NCBI GenBank assembly: GCA_964016885.1
Contig: OZ024743.1
Coordinates: forward strand, 321,098,001 to 321,162,000
DNA length: 64,000 nucleotides
Reading direction: 5' to 3'
Source of the DNA: Eledone cirrhosa
Taxonomy: Eukaryota
A program made the translations under genes and the position numbers. Below, piece after piece: positions 11,649 to 29,613 of the stretch. Below the pieces are notes generated by a model. The model had not been told where the DNA came from and made no database searches. It saw only the letters and a list, made by a program, of their open reading frames with translations. Each line of letters starts with the position of its first letter. Position 1 is the first letter of the stretch.

Positions 11649-13975
11649 ACAATTAAGTTAAAAATGTACATCCACATATGTATACTGAAATACTAGTATG
11701 CATATGAATACACACACGTGTACATATGTAGATGTACCGAGTTTTTCACTGGACACTTTACTGTGAGTGTCCAGCTATTCTGTATGTAAACACACAGACA
11801 AACCGGTTTTTAGAGTCATACTGGTTTTCGAGGAAACACCTTTCCTCTATTCTCCAGAAAGCCAGACAAGGAATATAGGACTAGTTTCGATGTTGTTACA
11901 TCTCATCAGCAATAATAACCTATCTTCCGGCCTTTCTAGAGAATCGTAAAAGCACATATCGTTATATGCTTTTTCTATGAAAATTAGTAGTGGGCAGACT
12001 AATTTGCATAGAGCGTGAGTACGTACCGGTTCAGCGGAGACGATAAAAACAAATAACGAAACGAAATTAAATTTCGTTTCGTTTGTAACTCACTTTTGTA
12101 TGACTGACGCTTAAACAATTAAGTTAAAAATGTACATCCACATATGTATACTGAAATACTAGTATGCATATGAATACACGCACGTGTACATATGTAGATG
12201 TACCGAGTTTTTAACTGGACACTTTACTGTGAGTGTCCAGCTATTCTGTATGTAAACACACAGACAAACCGGTTTTTAGAGTCATACTGGTTTTCGAGGA
12301 AACACCTTTCCTCTATTCTCCAGAAAGCCAGACAAGGAATATAGGACTAGTTTCGATGTTGTTACATCTCATCAGCAATAATAACCTATCTTCCGGCCTT
12401 TCTAGAGAATCGTAAAAGCACATATCGTTATATGCTTTTTCTATGAAAATTAGTAGTGGGCAGACTAATTTGCATAGAGCGTGAGTACGTACCGGTTCAG
12501 CGGAGACAATAAAAACAAATAACGAAACGAAATTAAATTTCGTTTCGTTTGTAACTCACATTTGTATGACTGACGCTTAAACAATTAAGTTAAAAATGTA
12601 CATCCACATATGTATACTGAAATACTAGTGTGTATATGAATACACACACGTGTACATATGTAGATGTACCGGGTTTTTCACTGGACACTTTACTGTGAGT
12701 GTCCAGCTATTCTGTATGTAAACACACAGACAAACCGGATTTTAGAGTCATACTGGTTTTCGAGGAAACACCTTTCCTCTATTCTCCAGAAAGCCAGACA
12801 AGGAATATTGGACTAGTTTCGATGTTGTTCCATCTCATCAGCAATATTTACCTATCTTCCGGCCTTTCTAGAGAATCGTAAAAGCACATATCGTTATATG
12901 TACACGTGTGTGTATTCATATGCATACTAGTATTTCAGTATACATATGTGGATGTACATTTTTAACTTAATTGTTTAAGCGTCAGTCATACAAAAGTGAG
13001 TTACAAACGAAACGAAATTTAATTTCGTTTCGTTATTTGTTTTTATCGTCTCCGCTGAACCGGTACGTACTCACGCTCTATGCAAATTAGTCTGCCCACT
13101 ACTAATTTTCATAGAAAAAGTATATAACGATATGTGCTTTTACGATTCTCTAGAAAGGCCGGAAGATAGGTAAATATTGCTGATGAGATGTAATAACATC
13201 GAAACTAGTCCAATATTCCTTGTCTGGCTTTCTGGAGAATAGAGGAAAGGTGTTTCCTCGAAAACCAGTATGACTCTAAAAACCGGTTTGTCTGTGTGTT
13301 TACATACAGAATAGCTGGACACTCACAGAAAAGTGTCCAGTGAAAAACTCGGTACATCTACATATGTACACGTGTGTGTATTCATATGCATACTAGTATT
13401 TCAGTATACATATGTGGATGTACATTTTTAACTTAATTGTTTAAGCGTCAGTCATACAAAAGTGAGTTACAAACGAAACGAAATTTAATTTCGTTTCGTT
13501 ATTTGTTTTTATCGTCTCCGCTGAACAGGTACGTACTCACGCTCTATGCAAATTAGTCTGCCCACTACTAATTTTCATAGAAAAAGCATATAACGATATG
13601 TGCTTTTACGATTCTCTAGAAAGGCCAGAAGATAGGTAAATATTGCTGATGAGATGTAACAACATTGAAACTAGTCCAATATTCCTTGTCTGCCTTTCTG
13701 GAGAATAGAGGAAAGGTGTTTCCTCGAAAACCAGTATGACTCTAAAAACCGGTTTGTCTGTGTGTTTACATACAGAATAGTTGGACACTCACAGTAAAGT
13801 GTCCAGTGAAAAACTCGGTACATCTACATATGTACACGTGTGTGTATTCATATGCATACTAGTATTTCAGTATACATATGTGGATGTACATTTTTAACTT
13901 AATTGTTTAAGCGTCAGTCATACAAAAGTGAGTTACAAACGAAACGAAATTTAATTTCGTTTCGTTATTTGTTTC
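11649..13975. repeat. Tandem array of a 466-bp non-coding monomer (family B) with a hammerhead per unit; inversion at ~12898; retrozyme-like
   Basis: 466-bp period (repeated 60-aa ORFs at 11767, 12233, 12699, then on the minus strand). About 2.7 + 2.3 units, flanked by (TA)n. Confidence 0.93.
13173..13217 (+). ncRNA. Minimal hammerhead ribozyme, family B (also 13639-13683; minus copies ~11872, 12338, 12804)
   Basis: aatattg-CTGATGA-gatgt-aata-acatc-GAAAC-ta-GTC-caatatt; palindromic actagt stem III. Confidence 0.92.
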
Positions 13976-13987
13976 ATATATAGATAA

Positions 13988-14037
<50 letters not shown>

Positions 14038-14042
14038 GTATT

Positions 14043-14081
<39 letters not shown>

Positions 14082-14099
14082 TTATATATATATATATAC

Positions 14100-14131
<32 letters not shown>

Positions 14132-14159
14132 GTATATATATATATATATATACGTATAA

Positions 14160-14190
<31 letters not shown>

Positions 14191-14192
14191 CG

Positions 14193-14284
<92 letters not shown>

Positions 14285-14402
14285 TATACGTATATATATA
14301 TATATATATATATATACGTATATATATATATATATTTATATATACATATATATATATATACGTATATATATATACATATATACATATATATATATACATA
14401 CG

Positions 14403-14453
<51 letters not shown>

Positions 14454-14454
14454 G

Positions 14455-14538
14455 TGAAGATAGACATAGAATATTCGAAAATATTCTGTATGTATATAAT
14501 AAACATTTTGAAGACCTAATCGCTATAGAATAGAATAC
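14455..14538 (-). repeat. ~85-bp fragment of the family A monomer inside (TA)n
   Basis: Matches 153-238, ending at the same internal TATAT site as the arrays. Confidence 0.85.
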
Positions 14539-14752
14539 GTATATATATATACGTATAAATATATATACGTATATATATATATATATATATACGTATAAAT
14601 ATATATACGTATATATATATATATATACATACGTATTTATATATATATATATATATATACGTATATATATATATATATATACGTATATATATATATATAC
14701 GTATATATATATATATATATATATGTATACGTATAAATATTTATATATATAC

Positions 14753-15238
<486 letters not shown>

Positions 15239-15263
15239 TATATATATATATATATATATATAC

Positions 15264-15345
<82 letters not shown>

Positions 15346-15390
15346 GTTTATATATATATATAAATACGTTTATATATATATATATATATA

Positions 15391-16635
15391 TTGGTAAACG
15401 GAATAGAAAATGGTGACAAATTGTTCACAGTTGAAAAATGGTTTAATTAGGAATAAAAGAGTATTAGTAATTGTATGGGTTAGTATTCAGTTGTGGTTTT
15501 AAGTTTTTAACTTTTTACCGGTTGTGCATTTCTAAATGCTTTTCAAAAATAATTCTGAGATAAAGTGTCCGTGTTGTTTGCTCTGATCAGAGCAAACAAC
15601 ACGTATATACGTACAACAAGTATATACGTTCAACAATCTAGTTAGAAGGAATGGGATGGTAAGATAACTGACGCCTACTAACACCCCAAAAAAAATTTTT
15701 TTGGCATGGGCGTGCATCTGTGCGCTTATGTTAGTTGATATTTTAAATTATCTATATTTATCTCCAAATCACTGATTTGTCGAGCAAACCTGCCAAAACC
15801 ACTTCTAAAAAAATTTTTTTTGGGGTGTTAGTAGGCGTCAGTCATCTTACCATCCCATTCCTTCTAACTAGCCTCTGTGTCACGTGATTGATTCTTTAGA
15901 ATCGGCCATTTGACTAGAAGCAGTGAGAATTTCAGTACATAGAATCCAGTCCTCGCCAGCTGTTCTATCTACCGAATTATTATTATTTTTATATGAGCCG
16001 CCAGTGTCCGCGCATTGCCTGGAGACTTAGCTGAGAATAGACTCCCTGATGACGCAATGAATTCTCGACAGTTGGATTACGTAACTGTCTTTATCCCATT
16101 GCAGAAACTAATTAGTTGGAGTGAAAATTTAAGTAAGTAAGTAAAAAATTTTTTAAAAATTAAAAAAAAAAATATTTTCTTATTTTACGTCTTTTATATT
16201 ATTGTTCTGCATCCTCCTGCATTGAACCACCTAGGTACTATGACATAACCTGTGTATTTGCTGGCATGGGCGTGCATCTGTGCGCTTATGTTAGTTGATA
16301 TATTAAATTATCTATATTTATCTCCAAATCACTGATTTGTCGAGCAAACCTGCCAAAACCACTTCTAAAAAAATTTTTCTTTGGGGTGTTAGTAGGCGTC
16401 AGTCATCTTACCATCCCATTCCTTCTAACTAGCCTCTGTGTCACGTGATTGATTCTTTAGAATCGGCCATTTGACTAGAATTTTTTTTTTAAATATTTTC
16501 TTATTTTACGTCTTTTATATTATTGTTCTGCATCCTCCTGCATTGAACCACCTAGGTACCATGACATAACCTGTGTATTTGCTGGCATGGGCGTGCATCT
16601 GTGCGCTTATGTTAGTTGATATATTAAATTATCTA
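15391..16635 (+). mobile_element. Non-coding tandem/inverted element (family C, ~560-bp unit) with hammerhead
   Basis: 15640-15700 is the reverse complement of 15806-15870. Unit repeats at 15701, 16261 and ~16582. The second unit has lost the HHR segment. Confidence 0.8.
16041..16122 (+). ncRNA. Hammerhead ribozyme, family C
   Basis: actcc-CTGATGA-(gcaatg...cattgc, inner gacagtt/aactgtc)-GAAAC-taatta-GTT-ggagt. Confidence 0.88.
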
Positions 16636-16641
16636 CATGTA

Positions 16642-16695
<54 letters not shown>

Positions 16696-16696
16696 C

Positions 16697-16727
<31 letters not shown>

Positions 16728-16740
16728 CATATATATATAC

Positions 16741-17687
<947 letters not shown>

Positions 17688-17689
17688 TA

Positions 17690-19620
17690 TATTGTTATAC
17701 TTGGGGAGGGTCATATTTGCGTAATATTGCCAGAATTAATAACAGAACACACTCACTGTTTGGTTGGTTTTCGCTTCTCGCTGTCTTTTATATCTGCGAT
17801 CTAACTTACTCGGTCCTCAATGTTGCCATTGACTGACCGACGGTCAAAAATAATACTGATACAATATAGACACAAACACATATATATAGTTTACATAATT
17901 TACATAAATCTTTTGTTGCACATCTGCAACATCGTCAGTGGTGTTATATTTTTTTCCTCCTGTTGTGTTGTATGTCTACGCCATTTTTTTATTCAGTCTG
18001 TCTATATATTTATTTATTTATTTGCTTGTTTGTTTATTTTATTTTGTCTTCTTTGCGCAGGCGTTTGCGTATGTGTATAGTGTTATGTGTGCTGTGTGAC
18101 TAGTGTGTATAGTGTTGTGTCTGCTGGGTGACTAGTGTGTGTGTATGTGCTTGTGTATGTATTTATTTATCTTATTTTATTTTATTTTATTTACTTATTT
18201 ATACTTCTCTTAGGTCAGTGTTGTTTGTTTGGGTGTTGTTGTTGTTCCACTCATTCTTTCTGTTTAGCTTTGGTCTTCTAATTTCTATTTCACTGGGCTC
18301 TCTGATTTGCCTATCTGCTGGGTCATTCCTATGTTTAGATATTATTCTAATTTCTATGTTGTCTATGTTACCGTCATGTTGTTGTCTAGCATGTTCGTAT
18401 AGTACTGACCCGTTTTTTCGTCCTTTTAGTTCCCCCCGGTGTTGGTCTATCCTTTCACCTATGCTACGAGCTGTCTCACCTATGTATGTTGTTGTCATGT
18501 TTCTGCAAGTACCCTCTGTACATCTTATGCTATAGACTACGTTTCTAGTTTTACAGTTTATCCGGGGGTTCACCTTACATATGATACATTTCCTATTGGT
18601 ACAGTGGGTTTTCTTAAAAGGGTAGGTTTTGCTGATCAGGGATTTTATGGTGGTTCCTGGCTTTTCTACCACCTTTATTTTTAAGTGGGTCTTTCTCAGG
18701 GCCTTTCTACACTGGTTAGCTAATATCCCTCCAGGCGTGGCGTCCACAAACATGACACTCTGATATCTCTGGTTGTCGTACCATGATGTGGCCTTCCCTA
18801 TCTTATGTCTAGCCCTATCTAAGCTATTCCATGATTTGCTCCTGTATAGTGGGCAAATTCCTTTCATGTCCAGTTCTATGAGGGTCTTATACTTTTCCAT
18901 GGCTCCTTCGTATACTCTGACTCTGTCTCTTTGGTTGTAGCCAGAGAACTGCATGCGGTTGATGAAGTGTTGGATGTGTCTTTCCATTTCTGTTTGGTCG
19001 CACATGCTGGACACATTCTTCATCACTCGTACCAAATCTGCGATCAGAATATTAAACTTAGCACTACTGGACATTGCTGAGTTTTTGAGTATCAGGTATT
19101 TGGAGGCCAGGGTTTAGCATAGTGTGAGTGGAGAATTTGGGCTCTCTCGTCTATAGTGTTAATCCAGAGTTCTGTGTCTAATACAGGTAGTCTATTGTTA
19201 GGGTGTTTGGAAGGGAAGTCGATAGTTACAGTTATACTCTGGTGTATGGAATTAGCTATCTGCTGGATGCTTTCCATCGTGCTACGTTCTAAATCAAACT
19301 TGTTAGTGCTCTCTAGTGGGGGTGTTCTTATAATTATATTGATAGAGTACATGATGAGGTCTATGGAGCTTTCATTAAGGAGATCTTTAAGTCTCCTTTC
19401 CCACCATACCATTAAAAGGTTGGCAACATCACCAGCTATGCTGACGCCGATGGCTGCTCCCTCATTTTGGGTGTAGATTTTCTCATTGAACTTAAATATG
19501 TGGCCCTTCTGTTATTAATTCTGGCAATATTACGCAAATATGACCCTGCCCAAGTATAACAATATCTGTTTCGACACACGATTTCATATAAAAAACCTCG
19601 CTAAACTAATTCATCGCCGC
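17690..19620 (-). mobile_element. 5'-truncated EN+ PLE (CCHH GIY-YIG) with inverted terminal copy at 19507-19620
   Basis: ORFs 19092-19412 and 18199-19074: EGAAIGVSIAGDVANL, LPVLD, VVYSIRC..YIGETARSIGERIDQH. The catalytic YxDD appears deleted. Decayed HHR near 17905-17945. Confidence 0.88.
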
Positions 19621-19704
19621 TATATATATATACATATATATATATATATGTTCATCTCTAACGTAACGATATATTATCACTACATTATTGATAACCTGAA
19701 ATTT

Positions 19705-19740
<36 letters not shown>

Positions 19741-19741
19741 C

Positions 19742-19772
<31 letters not shown>

Positions 19773-19787
19773 CTTATATATATATAT

Positions 19788-22377
19788 ATGTGGCCTGAGT
19801 GCCACCTCCTCTCTGGAATGACGTCAATAGAACAGAGACAGACGGAATCCCTGCTGGCCCTCACACACAGGCTGTTCATGGAGCAAGCAATACTCCTCCC
19901 AACAAGAGGCGAAAATGTCCTGGACCTCTGTTTTCCAAACCACGAAGTGCTCATCCACAATGTAAAGGTGACACCAACAATTCTCTCGGATCATAACTTA
20001 GTAGAGCTAATGATATGTGGTCCAAGAGAACCAACAGAGACAAAACCACCAAGAAGCTCCGGGACGCTATCCAACCTTAACTTCTACAAGGCTAACTGGA
20101 AAAAGATTAAGAGTGAAATCCGGAAGCAAACATGGAGTGAAAACACCGCCACACAAGACACTAACACACAATTTCAACACTTCATGACAACGATACACAC
20201 CATATGCAAAAAGTGTGTCCCGGAGAAAGAGGCAAACAGACACAACAATCTTATTCCCAGAGATAGGAAAATCCTTATGAGACGTAGAACTAAACTCTCA
20301 AATCAGTTGAATAGTCAACAAAACAAAAACAAGAAGGAATCCTATTTGAAACGTGCACTACTTGACACCGAGATTGCACTCAAACTTTCACATGAGAATG
20401 AGAGGGCAAAGAAAGAGAACAGGGCCATAGAAAACATTAAAACAAACCCTAAGGCCTTCTTTAAATTTGCAAAAGAAACTGCCTCAGTACACTGCAAGAT
20501 CGGACCACTCTTCCACACGGACGGTTCATTAATCGAAAATCCCCAAGAGATATGTGAAATACTGAACGAACAGTACAAAAGTGTCTTCACATGTCCACTG
20601 AGGCACATGCAAATAACGAAGCCAGAGGAGTTCTTTGATGCCACAACACTACATCAAGAAATGGCAATCATCAAACACATAGACATAACGGAGGAGGATG
20701 TGGTGTACGCCATTGATGAAATTAGAACAGACTCGGCTGCTGGACCTGATGGATTCCCAGCAGTTCTCCTAAAAATATGTAAGCGGGCCTTAGCAACTCC
20801 ACTGAAGATGCTCTTCAGAAGCTCCTTGGCTAGCGGTGTACTACCCAGGGAGCTGAAAGAAGGCACAATATGCCCTATCCATAAAGGGGGTAGTAGAGCG
20901 GAGGCCAAGAACTATAGGCCAGTCTCCCTGACGTCGCATATCAGTAAGGTCATGGAGCGAGTCGTCAGAAAGAAACTAATCACTTTCCTCGAAGAAAATG
21001 ACCGCCTGACGAGCACGCAACATGGCTTCCGCCCAGGAAGAAGCTGCCTTACACAGCTGCTACATCACTACGACTGGGTACTGAGACAACTACTAGACAG
21101 CTCACATGTGGACGTGATATATCTTGACTTTGCGAAGGCCTTTGACAAGGTCAACCACGGAATGATATGTCACAAACTACACGGACTCGGCATAACTGGC
21201 AAAGTAGGTGAGTGGCTGCATGGCTTCCCAAGGGACAGAAGCCAGGCAGTCGCAGCAAATGGGGCCCTCTCGAGGGAAACACCGATAACAAGTGGGGTGC
21301 CCCAGGGGACAGTCCTGGGACCACTACTGTTTTTGGTGGCTCTCTCGGACATGCCCTCTGTGGTGCATGCAACAACATCCCTCACTAGCTATGCTGATGA
21401 CACTAAGGTAGCACAGGAAATCAAGAACCCGGCTGACGCTGCCCTTTTACAGCAGGATCTGGATGCCATATACAGATGGGCGGAAGAAAACAACATGCAG
21501 TTTAATGCTGGCAAATTCCAAGCCCTACAATACAAACCTTCAAACACAAATATAGTGGAACACAGCTACACAGGACCAGGAGGGACCGATATCCCCGTGT
21601 CAAAATCGATACGAGACCTGGGCATAGACATGAGCGATGATGCATCTTTTTCTTCACACATCATGAAGGTGGCGACAACATGTAGACGATTCGCTGGCTG
21701 GATCTTGAGGACTTTCCTTACAAGAGATCGAGACACCATGTTGACACTGTGGAGGACTTTTGTCCTAAGCCGCCTGGACTACTGCTCCCAGCTGTGGTCA
21801 CCCCATAGTGACAAACTAACCACGGAGCTTGAGGCAATCCAGCGAAGCTACACCAAGAGGATTGCCAAGATGAGGGAGACAAGCTACTGGGAGAGGCTAA
21901 AGGAACTGAACCTCTACTCCTTGGAGCGAAGACGGGAATGATACGCAGTGATCTACATGTGGAAAATCCTGGAGGGACTAGCACCAAACTTTGGCACTGG
22001 GAGCTGGACCAACCGTCGAACAGGACGTCACTGTGTGGTGCCAAAGGTCCCGTCTTCCACATCTAGAAGAAGGAGCAGGTATTGCAATAGCCTGGGATTC
22101 AAGGGCCCTCAACTCTTCAACGGGCTGCCGAGGCATCTGAGAGACTAGCAGGACGTGGAGGTGGATGTCTTTAAGAAACATTTCGACATCTTGTTATCCA
22201 GAATCCCGGATGAGCCCACAGCAAGAGACGAGGGAAACCTAAGGGCAGCAGCAACAAACTCCCTCCTACACCAGTGGCCAACCTATACAGGCTGGAGATA
22301 AAATGTGTAGCAACAAGGGCGGTGCACCAGCATGGCCTCAGCCGGATGACTGAAACAGGTAAAAGAGTAAAAGAGTA
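19788..22377 (+). mobile_element. 5'-truncated non-LTR LINE, CR1/L2-group (APE C-terminus + RT), young copy
   Basis: 717-aa open frame with SDHNLV, YRPVSLTS, QHGFR, YLDFAKAFDKV, GVPQGTVLGPLLF, YADD; one TGA at 21939. 3' tail tgactgaaacaggt(aaaagagt)2. Confidence 0.92.
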
Positions 22378-24436
<2,059 letters not shown>

Positions 24437-24443
<7 letters not shown>

Positions 24444-24895
24444 TAAAAAAATAATGAATAAAACAATGAAACAGTTCCTTATATTAAACAAAAAAAGTTC
24501 ATTATTTAACGATCGTTTCTGGGATATATATGTGTTAGAATTGGCATGTATATTTAACAGATCTATGTACAAAATTATACAAAATTATACAAACTATCAA
24601 AATTAAATATACATACCAACTCATATATATGCCGAAGACGGCAATATACATGTCAATTCTAACACATATATATCCCAGAAACGATCGTTAAATAATGAAC
24701 TTTTTTTGTTTAATATAAGGAACTGTTTCATTGTTTTATTCATTATTTTTTTAATATTTTATCTTGACTCTGTATTCCGTTTATCTTTCACCGAAAGTGA
24801 TTTTTCATTGCATCTCTTCCTTCCATGATATCCGGATTACATTGAGTTCTTCATACGGATTGGACACTACCGTAAACTCTTGGTAGATTTATCTA
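24437..24895. mobile_element. Solo family D pseudo-LTR, inverted inside the hammerhead stem II
   Basis: Both arms match 40190-40525. Flip at ~24633. Confidence 0.85.
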
Positions 24896-24896
24896 C

Positions 24897-25001
<105 letters not shown>

Positions 25002-25152
25002 CATACATATATATATATACATATATACATATATATATATACATATATACATATATATATATACATATATATATATACATATATATATATACATATATAT
25101 ATATACATATATATATATACATATATACATATATATATATACATATATATAT

Positions 25153-26762
25153 ATTGGAATAAATGCTCTGAAATAGCGATATATATGTGAATATAGACAT
25201 AGAATATTCGAAAATATTCTGTATGTTTATAATAAACATTTTGAAGACCTAATCGCTATAGAATAGAATACGTCACGTATTACAATTAGATTCTCGATAA
25301 AAGCAAGGGAAGTAATCTACGCGTTTCATTCTCGTTAGAAATCATCAGGACTACATATCCAGTGCTTTTATCGAGAATGACACAGCTAGAGACTTATAGA
25401 ATACTTAGCTGTGTACAGGAACTGGTTTGAAAGAGCGGTTGCCGGTCCGGCAGAAATTAGAAATTGGAATAAATGCTCTGAAATAGCGATATATATGTGA
25501 ATATAGACATAGAATATTCGAAAATATTCTGTATGTTTATAATAAACATTTTGAAGACCTAATCGCTATAGATTACGGCAACCGCTCTTTCAAACCAGTT
25601 CCTGTACACAGCTAAGTATTCTATAAGTCTCTAGCTGTGTCATTCTCGATAAAAGCACTGGATATGTAGTCCTGATGATTTCTAACGAGAATGAAACGCG
25701 TAGATTACTTCCCTTGCTTTTATCGAGAATCTAATTGTAATACGTGACGTATTCTATTCTATAGCGATTAGGTCTTCAAAATGTTTATTATAAACATACA
25801 GAATATTTTCGAATATTCTATGTCTATATTCACATATATATCGCTATTTCAGAGCATTTATTCCAATTTCTAATTTCTGCCGGACCGGCAACCGCTCTTT
25901 CAAACCAGTTCCTGTACACAGCTAAGTATTCTATAAGTCTCTAGCTGTGTCATTCTCGATAAAAGCACTGGATATGTAGTCCTGATGATTTCTAACGAGA
26001 ATGAAACGCGTAGATTACTTCCCTTGCTTTTATCGAGAATCTAATTGTAATACGTGACGTATTCTATTCTATAGCGATTAGGTCTTCAAAATGTTTATTA
26101 TAAACATACAGAATATTTTCGAATATTCTATGTCTATATTCACATATATATCGCTATTTCAGAGCATTTATTCCAATTTCTAATTTCTGCCGGACCGGCA
26201 ACCGCTCTTTCAAACCAGTTCCTGTACACAGCTAAGTATTCTATAAGTCTCTAGCTGTGTCATTCTCGATAAAAGCACTGGATATGTAGTCCTGATGATT
26301 TCTAACGAGAATGAAACGCGTAGATTACTTCCCTTGCTTTTATCGAGAATATAATTGTAATACGTGACGTATTCTATTCTATAGCGATTAGGTCTTCAAA
26401 ATGTTTATTATAAACATACAGAATATTTTCGAATATTCTATGTCTATATTCACATATATATCGCTATTTCAGAGCATTTATTCCAATTTCTAATTTCTGC
26501 CGGACCGGCAACCGCTCTTTCAAACCAGTTCCTGTACACAGCTAAGTATTCTATAAGTCTCTAGCTGTGTCATTCTCGATAAAAGCACTGGATATGTAGT
26601 CCTGATGATTTCTAACGAGAATGAAACGCGTAGATTACTTCCCTTGCTTTTATCGAGAATCTAATTGTAATACGTGACGTATTCTATTCTATAGCGATTA
26701 GGTCTTCAAAATGTTTATTATAAACATACAGAATATTTTCGAATATTCTATGTCTATATTCA
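25153..26762. repeat. Second family A 310-bp hammerhead array, inversion at ~25573
   Basis: HHRs at 25312-25354 (-) and 25666, 25976, 26286, 26596 (+). All units carry the loop variant aacg. Confidence 0.95.
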
Positions 26763-27152
26763 TATATATATATACATATATATATATACATATATACATA
26801 TATATATATACATATATATATATACATATATATATATACATATATATATAAACATATATATATATACATATACATATATATACATATATATATATATACA
26901 TATACATATACATATATATATACATATACATATATATATGTATATACATATACATATATATATATATACATATATATATATACATACATACATATACATA
27001 TATACATATACATATATATACATATATACATATATATATATATATACATATATATACATATACATATATACATATACATATATATACATATATACATATA
27101 CATATATATACATATATACATATATATACATATATATATATATATATACATA

Positions 27153-28065
27153 CCTGGTCTTTCTACTATCTTAATATTAAGATTGTAGAAAGACCAGGTA
27201 CCTCTGTAAAAACACTTATTAGCAAGACATACCCTTTTCAAAGACCCTCATGTATAGATAAGAAATGTGTAACCTGTAAAATAAGCCCCCATATTAACTG
27301 TAAAACTAGAAATGTAGTGTATAGCATAAGATGTACTTAAGGACAATGTAGAGACAAAAATATAGTGTACATAGGTGAGACAGCTCCTAGTGTAGGGGAA
27401 CGGATAAATGAACACTGGCGAGACCTTCAAGAATCATCTGTACTCTACCAACATGCTAAGATAGAACACAAGGGTAAATTAGAGAACATAAAAATAAAAA
27501 TAGAATCTACACACAGAAAAGACGCAATGTTTAGACAAATTACTGAGGCAATAAACATAAAAGAATTACAACCAAAATTAAATAGAAAATATGAGTGGAA
27601 CAGCAACATCACAACTTACAATTAAGGACAAACTGAAAACACACACACACATAGAACAAACAACCAACCATGTAAATAAACAAATAGATAAATGAACATA
27701 AACACACACAGACACCCGGATGTGGCGCATGCGCAGATTGAGCACACAACACACACACAGAAACAAAATGGCGTAGGACAGAACAAAGGAGAGGCACAGA
27801 AACAAAGAGAGGAATCCCCAGTCACTGAAGAGGTCACAGAGTGTGTGACGAAAGAACTATGACTATATATAAACAACTATCTGGTTGTGGAACCAACCAA
27901 TCAACCAGAAATATATAAATTTATAAATTTGTAAATTTATAAATATATAATAAATTGAAGTGAGAGCAACTGGTGCGTGTGTTTCTTATTGGCAACATAA
28001 CCCTCACAAAGTATAACAATATCGGTTTCAACACACGATTTCAGATAAAGAATCTTGCTAAACAA

Positions 28066-28066
<1 letters not shown>
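27153..28066 (+). mobile_element. 3' fragment of an EN+ PLE related to the 17690-19620 element, with a hairpin 5' junction
   Basis: [41 protein letters not shown]. Terminal aagtataacaatatc..acacgatttca shared with 19550-19600. Confidence 0.85.
27820..27864 (+). ncRNA. Minimal hammerhead ribozyme, family F
   Basis: agtca-CTGAAGA-g-gtcaca-gagtg-tgtgac-GAAAG-aa-CTA-tgact. Confidence 0.82.
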
Positions 28067-28162
<96 letters not shown>

Positions 28163-28224
28163 GTGAGTGTGTTCTGTTATTAATTCTGGCAATATTACGC
28201 TAATATGACCCTCCCCAAGTATAA

Positions 28225-28259
<35 letters not shown>

Positions 28260-28314
28260 CATATACATATATATATATATACATATATATATTTATACAT
28301 ATACATATATATAC

Positions 28315-28389
<75 letters not shown>

Positions 28390-28398
28390 CACATATAC

Positions 28399-28544
<146 letters not shown>

Positions 28545-28646
28545 ACATATATATATACATATATATATATATACATACATATATATATACATATATATAT
28601 ATATATACATACATATATATATATACATATACATATATACATATAC

Positions 28647-28681
<35 letters not shown>

Positions 28682-29479
28682 AAATATTAAAAAAATAATG
28701 AATAAAACAATGAAACAGTTCCTTATATTAAACAAAAAAAGTTCATTATTTAACGATCGTTTCTAGGATATATATGTGTTAGAATTGGCATGCATATTCA
28801 ACAGATCTATGTACAAAATTATACAAAATTATACAAACTATCAAAATTAAATATACATACCAACACATATATATGCCGTCTTCAGAAATAATGAAATATA
28901 TTTATTGATAATAACACAATTCAAAATTACAGGTCTGTTTGGGAACAGAATTCAAATTGACCAATGAAAATACAAAAAGTTTATACAATTAAGTGTGTGT
29001 ATATATGTAATTAACTTCGTTCACAGATATGCATAAAGATGTATGTTCACATGCATACGCATGCCAAAAAGATGTATGTAAATACAAAAATTCAAGGCTA
29101 ATGTCTCTGTATGTTTATAATCTACAGATAAAATACGTATAAAAACAAATATACACACACATTTTTATATACTCATACATATACGTACATTCACACACAC
29201 ACGCGCGTATACGCATAAACATACACACAACCACGAACATACATACACACACACACCCCCACGCACATATATATGTGTGTATATACTATTATCATAAGCA
29301 TATGGACATTAATGCGCGCACATAAACACTGCCACACATATTTAGATCCAGATACAGAAAGTAGGTGGGCGGGGGGGGAGAGGTCAGTATTTAGCGGTGT
29401 TAGCAAGCTGCCTATTTATAAATGTATCTATAAATTTAGAAATAAAAAGAAAAGAAAAATAAAAAAGAAATATATCAAG

Positions 29480-29521
<42 letters not shown>

Positions 29522-29556
29522 CAAGTAAAATATAAAATATACATCGATATACATAC

Positions 29557-29613
<57 letters not shown>

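Noticed and set aside
11767-13788. Five copies of a 60-aa ORF
   Set aside because: GTG start, antisense to the ribozyme, no recognisable domain; a by-product of the 466-bp repeat.
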